Below are positions 50,883-60,555 of a DNA stretch of 64,000 nt, in pieces. How positions within the stretch are numbered: the first letter of the stretch is position 1; each line of letters starts with the position of its first letter. The notes under the pieces were generated by a model that saw only the letters and a program-made list of their open reading frames with translations, was not told the origin of the DNA and did not search any database. Made by a program: the position numbers and the translations under genes. This DNA is from Gammaproteobacteria bacterium (GTDB lineage Bacteria > Pseudomonadota > Gammaproteobacteria > GCA-001735895): positions 64,401 to 128,400 of the forward strand of contig JALSKD010000177.1 of the NCBI GenBank assembly GCA_026989015.1, in the 5' to 3' direction.

Positions 50883-53800
50883 TCATTGTCTGTCGTTCTC
50901 GGGAAGAAAATTCCCGCGGGCCAGTTCCGGTATCTGCTCCGGCGGCACCGGACGGCTGAAGTAATAGCCCTGGATCGTATCGCAGCCCAGTCCCTGCAGG
51001 ACCCGCAGCTGTTCGACCTCTTCCACGCCCTCGGCGACCACAGTGTGCCCGAGCGCATGGGCCACGCCCACGATGGTGCCCAGCAGCACGGCCGAATCGC
51101 GATCCTGCAGCATGTCGCGGATGAACAGGCGGTCGATCTTCAGGCAATCGACGGGCAGGTATTTCAGCGAGGCGAGGGAGCTGTATCCGGTGCCGAAGTC
51201 ATCGATGGCGAGTTTGATGCCGAGATCGCGGATGCGTTCGAAGTTGTCCGGGTTGTCGCCACTGGTCTGCACCACGCTTTCGGTGACTTCCAGTTCCAGA
51301 CGCTCGGCCGGGAACCCGGTCTGCTGCAACACCGTCTGCAGGCTTTCGACCATGTCCGGGCTTTCGAACTGCAGCGGAGAGATGTTGACCGCAATGGTGA
51401 ATCCGTCGATGCCTTCCTGCTGCCAGCGCATGCCCTGACGGCAGGCCCGGTACAGCACCTGTTCGCCCAGTTGGCCGATGACGCCGATACGCTCGGCGAT
51501 GCCGATGAATTCCGCCGGCGATATCAGGCCGCGTTGGGGGTGATTCCAGCGCACCAGCGCCTCGACGCCGCTCATGCGGCCGGTCTCCAGACTCACCTGC
51601 GGCTGATAGTGCAACTCGAGTTGGCCTTCGGCCAGTGCCTGACGCAATTCCTGCTCCATCTGCAGGCGCTTCTGCGCCTTGGCGGTCAACTCCGGCTGAT
51701 AGAAGGCATAACGGTGCTTGCCCTCTTCCTTGGCCGCGTACATGGCGCTGTCGGCCGCCTTCAGCAGACCCTGCGCATCCATGCCGTCCTCGGGGTAGTA
51801 GGCAATGCCGATACTGGCGCGCGGATGCATCTTCTGGCCGCCCAGTTCGACGGCTTCATTGAGCGTTTGCAGGGTACGCCGGGCCACATCGGCGGCGTCA
51901 TACTGGTCACCGACATTGTCGACCAGGATGCAGAATTCATCGCCGGACAGGCGGGCCACGAAATCGGTCTCGCGCAGGATCGACTGCAGGCGCGTGGCGA
52001 CGATCTTCAACAGTTCGTCACCCACATCATGGCCCAGGCTGTCATTGACATCCTTGAAGCCGTCCAGGTCCAGGTACAGCAGGGCGAAGCGCTCGTCACG
52101 CCGGTGCGCCGCACGGATCACGTCTTCAAGGTGCTTGTGGAAATAGGCACGGCTGGCCAGCCCGGTCAGCACATCGGTATAGGCGAGCTGGCGGATGCGC
52201 TGCTCCGAAGCGCGTTGTTCGGTGATGTCCTGCACCGTGCCCAACACCACGCCGCTGTCGTCCGGAGCCAGTGACAGCAGCTGGTGCACCACCCGTTCCC
52301 GGTTGCGCCCGACCCTGAGACGGTAATCGGCGGACTGAATCTCGCCGCCGCGCGCCACCTCGTGAATCTGGTTGCGGATGTATTCCTGATCCTCTGGATG
52401 AACCCTCGACAGAAAATCCTCCAGCCCGTGAATGCCCGGCGCTTCACAGCAGTCGATCATCTGTGCCAGGTGCTCCGAGGTTTCGAAGCGGTCGCTTTGG
52501 GTCTGCCAGCGCCAGTAGCCGAGGCGTGCCAGTTTCTGCACGCTGGCCAGATGCTGCTGGTTCTCGTGCAGTTCGCGGGTGGTCTGCGCCACGCGCAGCT
52601 GAAAACGCATGCGGTGCACCAGCAGTGCCGGCGAAATCGGCTTGACGATGAAGCTGGAGGCGCCGGATTCAAAGGCCCGGTCCACCGATTCGATGTCGTC
52701 CAGGCCGGTGACCATCATCACCGGCAAAATCGGCCAGCGCGCATCGCGGCGGATCGCGCGGCAGGTTTCGAAACCGTCCTTGCCCGGCATCAGGGCATCG
52801 AGGATCACCAGATCGGGGGTCGATTCCTCCATCCGTTGCAGCGCCCGGTCGCCGCTGTCCGCCTCGATCACCCGCATGCCCTGGCTTTCCAGCAGCTCAC
52901 GGATCATGCCGCGGAAGGCGTTGTCGTCATCGACCAGAAGGATCCGTGGCGCGGTGTCATCGGCCGCCGGGGAGACGGTGGCCCCGCCCTTGCGGTTGAC
53001 CGTGTCCGGCAGCCAGTCGCTGCGCAAGCGCTGCTGCAGATCCGGCCAGCCTTCGTGTAAAGCCTTCAGCAGTGCATCCAGCCCGTCGAGCTGGCCAAGA
53101 CGGGCCTGATGTTCCAGCTCCCGGCAGCGCTCGGAGAAGGCCTTGAGGCCCAGGTTGGCGGAAGCGGATTTGAGGCCGTGGGCCAGCTGCCTCAGGCCAT
53201 CGGCATCGGCATCGCTCAGTGCCTGTTCCATGCGGGCCAGTGTCTCGGGGGTCTCGTCGAGGAAATGCCCCAGCGCCTTGCCGAGTATGTCTCGACCGGT
53301 ATCTTCCGAAAGCTGCCTGAGATCCAGCAGCGTGCCTTCGTCGATATCGGACACCGCGTCCGCGACCTCCGCGCTCGGGCTTGCGGCTTCCTCATCCGTG
53401 AGCCAGTGGCGCAAGCGGTCCTCAAGGGCCTGGCGCGAAAAGGGCTTGCTCAGGTAATCGTCCATGCCGGCCTCGGCGCACTGTTCCTGGATGCCCTTTT
53501 GCACATCGGCGGTGAGGGCGATCACCGGAACCCGCGCACGCTTCGATGCCTGTTCATCGGCACGGATCTTCCGCGTGGCCTCGAATCCGTCCATGCGCGG
53601 CATGTGGCAATCCATCAGGATCAGGTCGTAATCGCCCTGTTGCGCCCGTTCGACGGCTTCGATACCGTCGATCGCGACATCCACCTCAACACCGATCTGC
53701 ATCAGCATGCCGATGGCGACTTCCTGGTTGACCGGGTTGTCCTCGGCCAGCAGCACCCGTCCACCGAGTGCCTCTACCGTGTCCCGCCGCGTAGCCGAAC

Positions 53801-55760
53801 CCGGCGTAGCGGCCGGCTCGCCCATCAGATCGCAGAGGGCTTCATGCAGCTGCTTCTGCCGCACCGGTTTCTGCAGGTAGTCGGCAACGCCCTGTTCGCG
53901 CGCCTTGCGGCTGTCCATATCCAGCTGCGTGGAGCTGAGCATGACCACCCGCGGTTGACTGAGTCCGGATTCGCGCCGGATAGCTGCCACCAGCTCCAGC
54001 CCGTCCATGTCCGGCATGTGCAGGTCGGACAGAACCAGCTCGAAGGGATCGCCGTCGGCATCGGCCTCGCGCAGGCGTTCCAGTGCCTTGAGGGCACTGT
54101 CGACGCTTTCCGGACGCATCCCCCAACTGCGCGCATGGTCTCCGAAGATCTGACGGTTGACCGGGTGATCATCGACGATCAGCACGCGCACAGAGTCGAG
54201 CAATTGCGGACAGCGGTTGGCGCCCTGGCGGGTTTCCGCCGTACCCAGCAGCAGCTCGAAGGCGAAACAGGCGCCCTCGCCCGGCCTGCTGTCGAGCCGG
54301 ATCTGCCCGCCCATCAGCCTTACCAGGCGCTGGGCGATGGCGAGGCCGAGGCCGGTACCCCCGAAGCGGCGGGTGGTGGAGCCGTCGGCCTGGCTGAAGG
54401 CCTCGAAGATGCGCTGCTGCTTGTCGGGGTCGATACCGATGCCGGTATCACAGACCTCGAAACCGATCCGCACCCGTTCGCCGCTGTCCTCGAGCAGCCG
54501 AGCCGATAGCCGCACCTCGCCCTTGGCAGTGAACTTGACCGCGTTGCTGAGCAGATTGGACAGCACCTGACGCAGGCGGGTGGCGTCACCCCTTACCGTT
54601 TGCGGCAGATTGGCGGGCAGATCGGCCAGGGTCTCCAGTCCCTTGCGCATGGCCTGCCCGGCAAACAGTTCCAGGGTATCCTCGAGCAGGTCGCGCAGAT
54701 CGAAGGGGCGTTCCTCCAGTTCCAGCTTGCCGGCCTCGATCTTGGAAAAATCGAGAATGTCGTTGATGATTTCAAGCAGCGACTCGGCACTGCGGTGGGC
54801 AGTCAGCGCCAGGCGGTGGGCACGCACATCGAGACCGGCATCGAGCAACAATTCGGTCATCCCCAGCACGCCGTTCATCGGCGTGCGGATCTCGTGGCTC
54901 ATGGTGGCGAGGAATTCGCTCTTGGCACGGCTGGCCTGTTCGGCCTCCACCTTTGCCGCCATGAGACAGGCGGTGCGTTCCGATACCTTGTGTTCCAGGT
55001 TCTGACGATAGGACTCCAGTCGCCGGTCCCGTTCCTCGAGCTGCTCCAGCATCTCGTTGAAGCGGGCGGTCAGCAGGCCGATCTCGTCTTCCCCACCACT
55101 GGGCAGGCGCAGGCGATAGTCCTGCTCTTCGGCCACCTTCTCCATGCCCTTGACCAGATTCTCGACCGGCCCCGAGATGCTGCGCTGCAAACGCGAGGAC
55201 AGCCACCAGGCGCCGAGCATGAGGGTGCCGAACAGGGCCAGAATGAACAGAATCTGCTGGCCGATCTTGCGGTACAGCGGTTCCAGCGAGGCTTCGACGA
55301 ACAGGTAGCCGATCAGCCGTTGCTTGTGGTGCACCGGCACCGCCAGATCGTAATCATCGTCGTCATAACGCCGGGCGGCCACGCCCTGCTCGCGGACACG
55401 GTCGAGCAGTTGGCGGTCCTGGGCTTCCAGCATCTCGCCCGACCCCTCACGATGGTATTGGGCCAGCGGTTGACCGTCGGGGCGAAGCAGCCAGGCCATG
55501 CGCACATCCCGTTCCTGCCGCAGTGACTCCAGCAACTGTCGAGCAGTGACCGCATCCTCAAAGCTGAGCGCCGCGGTGGCATTGGTGGCGATGATGTGGG
55601 CAAGCGAGGTGAGGCGGTTTTCGAGGGCATTGCGGTAGCCCTGGACTTCCATCACCACGAACAGGGCCGAAGCGGCGATCAGGGCCACACCGGTCACCGT
55701 CAGGATCAGCCGTCGCAGACGACGCGACAGGCCGCCGTTTTTTTGTGCGTTGCGACTCAT
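50883..55760 (-). CDS. 1624-aa hybrid sensor kinase: TM / periplasmic YfiN-like sensor / HAMP-HisKA-HATPase / REC-REC-Hpt / REC-PAS-GGDEF(SGDEF)-EAL
   Basis: His[12 protein letters not shown]. HATPase LSNAVKFT...GGTGLGLAI. Three REC domains with conserved Asp. Hpt [16 protein letters not shown]-like domain reading RLSGDEF. EAL domain (EALVRW...[10 protein letters not shown]...KIDR). Confidence 0.9.
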   Translation of the reverse strand: MSRNAQKNGGLSRRLRRLILTVTGVALIAASALFVVMEVQGYRNALENRLTSLAHIIATNATAALSFEDAVTARQLLESLRQERDVRMAWLLRPDGQPLAQYHREGSGEMLEAQDRQLLDRVREQGVAARRYDDDDYDLAVPVHHKQRLIGYLFVEASLEPLYRKIGQQILFILALFGTLMLGAWWLSSRLQRSISGPVENLVKGMEKVAEEQDYRLRLPSGGEDEIGLLTARFNEMLEQLEERDRRLESYRQNLEHKVSERTACLMAAKVEAEQASRAKSEFLATMSHEIRTPMNGVLGMTELLLDAGLDVRAHRLALTAHRSAESLLEIINDILDFSKIEAGKLELEERPFDLRDLLEDTLELFAGQAMRKGLETLADLPANLPQTVRGDATRLRQVLSNLLSNAVKFTAKGEVRLSARLLEDSGERVRIGFEVCDTGIGIDPDKQQRIFEAFSQADGSTTRRFGGTGLGLAIAQRLVRLMGGQIRLDSRPGEGACFAFELLLGTAETRQGANRCPQLLDSVRVLIVDDHPVNRQIFGDHARSWGMRPESVDSALKALERLREADADGDPFELVLSDLHMPDMDGLELVAAIRRESGLSQPRVVMLSSTQLDMDSRKAREQGVADYLQKPVRQKQLHEALCDLMGEPAATPGSATRRDTVEALGGRVLLAEDNPVNQEVAIGMLMQIGVEVDVAIDGIEAVERAQQGDYDLILMDCHMPRMDGFEATRKIRADEQASKRARVPVIALTADVQKGIQEQCAEAGMDDYLSKPFSRQALEDRLRHWLTDEEAASPSAEVADAVSDIDEGTLLDLRQLSEDTGRDILGKALGHFLDETPETLARMEQALSDADADGLRQLAHGLKSASANLGLKAFSERCRELEHQARLGQLDGLDALLKALHEGWPDLQQRLRSDWLPDTVNRKGGATVSPAADDTAPRILLVDDDNAFRGMIRELLESQGMRVIEADSGDRALQRMEESTPDLVILDALMPGKDGFETCRAIRRDARWPILPVMMVTGLDDIESVDRAFESGASSFIVKPISPALLVHRMRFQLRVAQTTRELHENQQHLASVQKLARLGYWRWQTQSDRFETSEHLAQMIDCCEAPGIHGLEDFLSRVHPEDQEYIRNQIHEVARGGEIQSADYRLRVGRNRERVVHQLLSLAPDDSGVVLGTVQDITEQRASEQRIRQLAYTDVLTGLASRAYFHKHLEDVIRAAHRRDERFALLYLDLDGFKDVNDSLGHDVGDELLKIVATRLQSILRETDFVARLSGDEFCILVDNVGDQYDAADVARRTLQTLNEAVELGGQKMHPRASIGIAYYPEDGMDAQGLLKAADSAMYAAKEEGKHRYAFYQPELTAKAQKRLQMEQELRQALAEGQLELHYQPQVSLETGRMSGVEALVRWNHPQRGLISPAEFIGIAERIGVIGQLGEQVLYRACRQGMRWQQEGIDGFTIAVNISPLQFESPDMVESLQTVLQQTGFPAERLELEVTESVVQTSGDNPDNFERIRDLGIKLAIDDFGTGYSSLASLKYLPVDCLKIDRLFIRDMLQDRDSAVLLGTIVGVAHALGHTVVAEGVEEVEQLRVLQGLGCDTIQGYYFSRPVPPEQIPELARGNFLPENDRQ

Positions 55761-56344
55761 GGCTGCGCCTCCCCGTCCCGTGATCGGGTTTCCACGATTT
55801 GCGACATCGACAGTAACGGCGCAGCGATACGCAGGCCGGCAGCTCGGGCGCGTTCGGGGTTGATGATGAAACCGATGCGCCCATCCTGCCGGTGAAACTG
55901 GATCATCCCGCCCTGCTCTGCAAACTCATCGGTTTCGCCCAGGGTCAGCATCGGCCAGCGGGAGAATTTCTCGAGTATCTGTCTCTGAAAGACCCGTTTT
56001 TCGGGGCTCAGATAGAGAATGCGGCAGGTTTCCGGGACCTGGTCGGATTGGGCATAATGGGCCGTTTCAATCGGTACATGGTCGATCTCCCGACCCTCCA
56101 GCCGATCCAGCGTGCCGTCGAAGGGATCGTCACCGAGCACGCAGATTGTGAACTGCCCGGACGCCGCTTCGGGCCATTCGATGAACTGGGCCAGCTTGTA
56201 GACAAGAGCCGCTTTCAAGGCCGGCTCAGCACTGCCCACGCCCGCCAGCGTCAAGACCGGCAGCAGCAACAGCAGCGGCCAGGCTGTGCGCAAATGCGGC
56301 AACAGCCGCCGCAAACGGCTCGGTGATGGTACGGCCCGGGTCAT
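55757..56344 (-). CDS. YfiR-like periplasmic protein (DUF4154)
   Basis: Signal peptide, then [17 protein letters not shown]...[11 protein letters not shown]...ILYLS, as in YfiR/DUF4154. Its stop overlaps the hybrid kinase start (ATGA). Confidence 0.7.
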   Translation of the reverse strand: MTRAVPSPSRLRRLLPHLRTAWPLLLLLPVLTLAGVGSAEPALKAALVYKLAQFIEWPEAASGQFTICVLGDDPFDGTLDRLEGREIDHVPIETAHYAQSDQVPETCRILYLSPEKRVFQRQILEKFSRWPMLTLGETDEFAEQGGMIQFHRQDGRIGFIINPERARAAGLRIAAPLLSMSQIVETRSRDGEAQP

Positions 56345-56357
56345 CGGTGCAGCCGGC

Positions 56358-58445
56358 TCAGAAGTCCCAGCGCAGAGTGGCCAGCACGGAACGCTCGACA
56401 TCGGTATAGACGAAGATATTCTCCGCCCCGAACTCGGAATGGCGGTCCTTCAGCAGGTTGAAGGCCACCAGGCTCAGTTCAAGATCGTCTTTCTGCCAGG
56501 CCATGCGCAGGTTGAAGCGGGTATGGGCCGGAATGCTGCGCGGACGCGAAAAGCCGGAGCGGGACAAGGCATCCACATGCTGGATCCACAGGTCCATCGA
56601 CAGCTCGGGGGTAATGCTGTGCTGCGAGCGCAGCGACCACTGGTAGCGGGCGGAGGAGCCCTTGAGCACCGTGTCACCAAAGGCATCGGTACTGCTGTCA
56701 TCCACATCGGCGGACAGATCCAGCCAGCTGTAATTGGCACGCAGCCGCCAGTTCTCGTGCGCCTGCCAGTCCAGACTCAGTTCGGCACCCTGGCTGGTGG
56801 CATCGCGCAGGTTGTCGTAGGTCAGACTGTTGGGCGGGTAAAACCACTCTCCGGGGTTGAGCGGATTGGGTACCTGAAACGACAGCGATCCCGTCGCCTC
56901 GAAGGTCACCAGGTCGCTGTAACGGTTGTGGAACAGCGCGAGGTCGAGGGAGATGCGTTCGTCGAGGTGCCAACGGTAGCCCAGTTCGAGGGCGTCGAGG
57001 ATTTCGGACTTCACATCCGGGTTGCCTTCGACCCGCAACACGCCGGGAAACGGGTAATACACGGGATCCGCCGGATCCGGTGGCAACTGGTAGGTGACAA
57101 TGCTGCTGTTGGTTTCCAGCCGCGAGGGCGTACGCACGGCCCGCGAGGCGGCCAGCCACCAGGCATGGCGTGCATCCGGCGCCCACAGCAGACGCAGGCT
57201 GGGCTGGGTTTCGCTGCCGGTATAGTCGTTGTGCTCCCACTTGATGCCGGCGGTCAGCTTGAGGTCTTCGCGCCAGGCGAATTCGTCCTGAACGAAGAGG
57301 TTGTACAATTCCTGGATCTTCGGATCCTGGTAGAAAACGGTACGGAAGGTATCGTCGAAGTCGTCTTCGATGCGGCGGTAACCCAGGCCCCAGACCAGCT
57401 CATTGCGCCGGCCCAGCTTGAGGTTCTGGCTGAAGTCGATATCGAAGGTATCCACCCTTTGCCTGAGCACCTGTTCCTGCCGGTCACTGTGATCGACATA
57501 GACCTGAAAGCTGCTCTGGCGGTCGCCCTCGTCCCGTACCCAGCGCATCAACAGGTTGTAGCCTTCCGATTCAAAGGCATCCGGCAAAAAGGGGAGCAGG
57601 AACGGATGCTGTGGGTCGGGTGGCAGGTTGGCCGGATCGGCGGGATCCAGAATGAATTCCCTCAGCACCTGGTTCTCGTTCGCATGATAGGCATCGCCCT
57701 GCAGCGTCAGGCTGTCTTGTTCCGACAGCGCGAGATCGATGCGAAAGCCCATCTGCGTCTTGTCCCAGTCGTCACCGGCCTCTCCATTCAGATCGGGGCT
57801 GTAGCTGCTTTCACGGCGGTTGAACTTGGCATAGACCCGTCCGGCACTGCCTTCGTCCAGTGCAAAGCCATGCCGCAGCGTCACCAGCTGCTCTTCATTA
57901 CCGGCGCCGACGCCGACCAGTGTACCGACAGACTCGGCGGCCGGACGGGTGATGATGTTGATCACGCCATTGACCGCGTTGGCCCCCCAAATGGTGGAGC
58001 CCGGCCCGCGGATCACCTCGATGCGGTCGATGTCCTCAAGCAAGACATCCTGCACTTCCCAGTAGACGCCGGCATAGGTCGGCGTGTACACGCTGCGGCC
58101 GTCGATCAGTACCAGCAGCTTGTTGGCGAACTGACTGGCGAAGCCACGGCTGGAAATCGCCCATTTGTTGGCATCGATGCGGGCCACCTGGATACCCGGC
58201 GCCAGACGCAGCGCCTCGGGTATGCTGGTCACGCCGCTGCGGCGAATGTCGTCACGGGTGATGACAAAGATGGCAGCCGCGGAATCATTGACGCGCTGTT
58301 TCTTCCGGGCGACCGAGGTCACTTCCAGCGACAGCAGCTCCTGCAGGTCCAGCGACAGGTAGTCGTCCAGGGGATCGGCGGCGCGAGCGTGCGAGGCCGT
58401 CAGCAACACGACCAGGTAAAGCAGCGGGAACAGGTTTCGGGGCAT
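56358..58445 (-). CDS. TonB-dependent receptor (plug plus beta-barrel), 695 aa
   Basis: Signal peptide, plug domain (DSAAAIFVITRDDIRRSGVTSIPEALRLAPG), and a terminal aromatic residue ...WDF. Confidence 0.85.
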   Translation of the reverse strand: MPRNLFPLLYLVVLLTASHARAADPLDDYLSLDLQELLSLEVTSVARKKQRVNDSAAAIFVITRDDIRRSGVTSIPEALRLAPGIQVARIDANKWAISSRGFASQFANKLLVLIDGRSVYTPTYAGVYWEVQDVLLEDIDRIEVIRGPGSTIWGANAVNGVINIITRPAAESVGTLVGVGAGNEEQLVTLRHGFALDEGSAGRVYAKFNRRESSYSPDLNGEAGDDWDKTQMGFRIDLALSEQDSLTLQGDAYHANENQVLREFILDPADPANLPPDPQHPFLLPFLPDAFESEGYNLLMRWVRDEGDRQSSFQVYVDHSDRQEQVLRQRVDTFDIDFSQNLKLGRRNELVWGLGYRRIEDDFDDTFRTVFYQDPKIQELYNLFVQDEFAWREDLKLTAGIKWEHNDYTGSETQPSLRLLWAPDARHAWWLAASRAVRTPSRLETNSSIVTYQLPPDPADPVYYPFPGVLRVEGNPDVKSEILDALELGYRWHLDERISLDLALFHNRYSDLVTFEATGSLSFQVPNPLNPGEWFYPPNSLTYDNLRDATSQGAELSLDWQAHENWRLRANYSWLDLSADVDDSSTDAFGDTVLKGSSARYQWSLRSQHSITPELSMDLWIQHVDALSRSGFSRPRSIPAHTRFNLRMAWQKDDLELSLVAFNLLKDRHSEFGAENIFVYTDVERSVLATLRWDF

Positions 58446-58518
58446 GATTTCGACCGTGAGTTACTGTACTTCGGTCGAGTATAGAAGAGGCCCGCAAAAA
58501 CGCAGGACGGGCGGCGAA

Positions 58519-59124
58519 TCAACCCCAGTCGAATTCGTTGGAATCGACGCGGGTGTCCAGATCCTTCAGAATGCCGTTGTGGATGTCGTAGATCCAGCCG
58601 TGCACCGACAGCTCGGCGCCTCGCCGCCAGGCTTCCTTGACGATGGTGGTGTGGCAGACATTCTTCACCTGCTCCATCACATTCAGCTCACACAGACGGT
58701 CCAGCTTCTGCGCCGGATCCAGCCCCTCGAGCCGGTCCCGGTGAAAACGCCCGACATCCCTGATGTGGCGCAGCCAGTTGTCGATCAAGCCATGCTCCGC
58801 ATCCTCCAGCGCCGCCTTGACCCCGCCGCAGCCATAGTGTCCGGTGACGATGATGTGCTTGACCTTGAGCACATCCACCGCGAACTGGATCACCGACAGG
58901 CAATTGAGGTCCGTGTGCACCACCACATTGGCGATATTGCGGTGCACGAACACCTCGCCCGGCGGCAGATTGATGATCTCGTTGGCCGGCACCCGGCTGT
59001 CGGAGCAGCCGATCCACAGGTATTCCGGCGCCTGCTGCTTGGCCAGCCGGTTGAAGAAATCGGGGTCTTCATCGAGGATGCGTGCCGCCCATTCGCGGTT
59101 GTTCTTGAGCAAGTGATCCAGCAT
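58519..59124 (-). CDS. Beta-class carbonic anhydrase
   Basis: CSDSR and HxxCGG zinc-ligand motifs (IGCSDSRV, TGHYGCGGV). Confidence 0.9.
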   Translation of the reverse strand: MLDHLLKNNREWAARILDEDPDFFNRLAKQQAPEYLWIGCSDSRVPANEIINLPPGEVFVHRNIANVVVHTDLNCLSVIQFAVDVLKVKHIIVTGHYGCGGVKAALEDAEHGLIDNWLRHIRDVGRFHRDRLEGLDPAQKLDRLCELNVMEQVKNVCHTTIVKEAWRRGAELSVHGWIYDIHNGILKDLDTRVDSNEFDWG

Positions 59125-59209
59125 GACAGGCCCTGTTGCGGAAATCGCCGCCGTTTATAACACGGAAGTCACTCGGCGAGAACCGGGGGTTCTTCCCGCA
59201 ACGGGGTGT

Positions 59210-60358
59210 TCAGGTTTCGACAAGTTTCATCAGATGCTCCGGCAGCCGCCTCAGGTTGCTGGCGGTGCACAGCGGAATGTGCAACTCCCCGGCCCGCTTG
59301 CGGGCGCCGGGGGAGACGCGGTCGAAGGATATGAGCATGGCACGGCCATGCAGGCCACCGATGAGATCGCGCAGGCTGTCGAGCTTGTAGACGATGCCGT
59401 TGCCGGCCCCGCCGCCGGCCTTGCCCTGTATGCGGGCGGTCTTGCATTCGATGATATGGAGCCGGTTGTCGCGCAGAAACACCACATCCAGCTCGTTGTG
59501 TATGCGCTCGCCGCCACGCTCGCGCACCACCTTGACGCCATAGGCAATGTCGTGAATATGCGGATCCTGCTGGCGCAGACGGCGCAGTTCGTCGAACACC
59601 AGCTGCTCCAGCCAGCCGCCACTGGCGAAAAAGCGATCCGCCTCGCTGCGGAAATGGATGCGCCGGTTCTCCAGCCGCAGCACGCCGGCCTGCTGGAACA
59701 GATCCAGCAGCTCGGCCAGGCGCTCATCGATGTGCTTCAGCCGCGGCGTGACCCGCTTGTCGTCGATGCGCATGGCGAGATGATTGAGCATCGGGATGAC
59801 TTTCTTGAACCGCGGCGCGCTGGCGGCGATGCGCCGCGCGGCCTCGAGGGTTTCGGCGTGGCGGATGCTGCGCCCGGGCGCCTCGGCCACCTGCATGCCG
59901 TTGGCCTGCAGGTAGAGCTCGATGCGCATGCTATCCTCCAGCTCCGCCTGCGGCTGCTGCGGGTGCAGCCACAACAGGCTGTCGCTGTGCGGGTGCACAT
60001 AGAAGACCGGCAGATCGCGCTGGCGGAACACCTCGTAGGCGGCCATGCTCATCGGTTTGGTACCGCCGGTCGCATTGAGGGCAATGGAGGCGGCCAGTTC
60101 GGGGCGGCGGTCGAGAAAACCGGCCACGCGCTCCCGGATATGGGGGATGTTCCAGGCATCGTCGATGTCGAGCAGCTCGCATCCGGCCCTGCCCTCCAGC
60201 GCCTGACGCAGCCATTCGGCGTGCTGGCGCATGGCCGGGCTGACCAGCAGCACCACCCGCCGCGGCGCGAAGCGCCGGTCCAGCACCGGTGTCAGGTTGG
60301 GCACCGGCTGGTTGGAGACGAGGCAGAGATGGGTTTCGGGCTGCATGCTGTTGCGCAT
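59210..60358 (-). CDS. Card1/Can2-like protein: N-terminal CARF domain plus C-terminal PD-(D/E)xK nuclease (DUF1887-like)
   Basis: CARF-like N-terminus (LCLVSNQPVPNLTPVL...LNATGGTKPMSMAAYEVF). C-terminal ELDVVFLRDNRLHIIECKT gives D...ExK. No cas genes or cyclase genes nearby. Confidence 0.55.
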   Translation of the reverse strand: MRNSMQPETHLCLVSNQPVPNLTPVLDRRFAPRRVVLLVSPAMRQHAEWLRQALEGRAGCELLDIDDAWNIPHIRERVAGFLDRRPELAASIALNATGGTKPMSMAAYEVFRQRDLPVFYVHPHSDSLLWLHPQQPQAELEDSMRIELYLQANGMQVAEAPGRSIRHAETLEAARRIAASAPRFKKVIPMLNHLAMRIDDKRVTPRLKHIDERLAELLDLFQQAGVLRLENRRIHFRSEADRFFASGGWLEQLVFDELRRLRQQDPHIHDIAYGVKVVRERGGERIHNELDVVFLRDNRLHIIECKTARIQGKAGGGAGNGIVYKLDSLRDLIGGLHGRAMLISFDRVSPGARKRAGELHIPLCTASNLRRLPEHLMKLVET

Positions 60359-60425
60359 TCAACACGCAATCGGCAGCCGGCGCAAGCCGGGCCTGCATGT
60401 CGACACACAAGCCAGCGGCAGACAA

Positions 60426-60451
60426 CAAAAAGGCCGGTACGATGACCGGCC
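60426..60451 (-). terminator. Rho-independent terminator downstream of tRNA-Arg
   Basis: On the minus strand, GGCCGGT-catcgt-ACCGGCC followed by T5. Confidence 0.6.
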
Positions 60452-60461
60452 TTCAGGGAGA

Positions 60462-60538
60462 TGGCGCGCTGGGGAGGATTCGAACCCCCGACCCCTTGGT
60501 TCGTAGCCAAGTACTCTATCCAACTGAGCTACCAGCGC
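60462..60538 (-). tRNA. tRNA-Arg (anticodon ACG)
   Basis: 77-nt cloverleaf folded by hand: acceptor stem GCGCUGG/CCAGCGC, D arm, anticodon loop CUACGAA, T arm GGGGG-UUCGAAU-CCUCC, discriminator G, and an encoded CCA. Confidence 0.9.
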
Positions 60539-60555
60539 TGAATGAGGGCGAGATT

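Noticed and set aside
59100-60540. Genomic island bounded by a tRNA-Arg direct repeat
   Set aside because: By eye, no repeat of the tRNA 3' end was found downstream (only a 9-nt CGGGGGTTC match in the opposite orientation near 59175). A single inserted gene cannot be called an island without comparative data.
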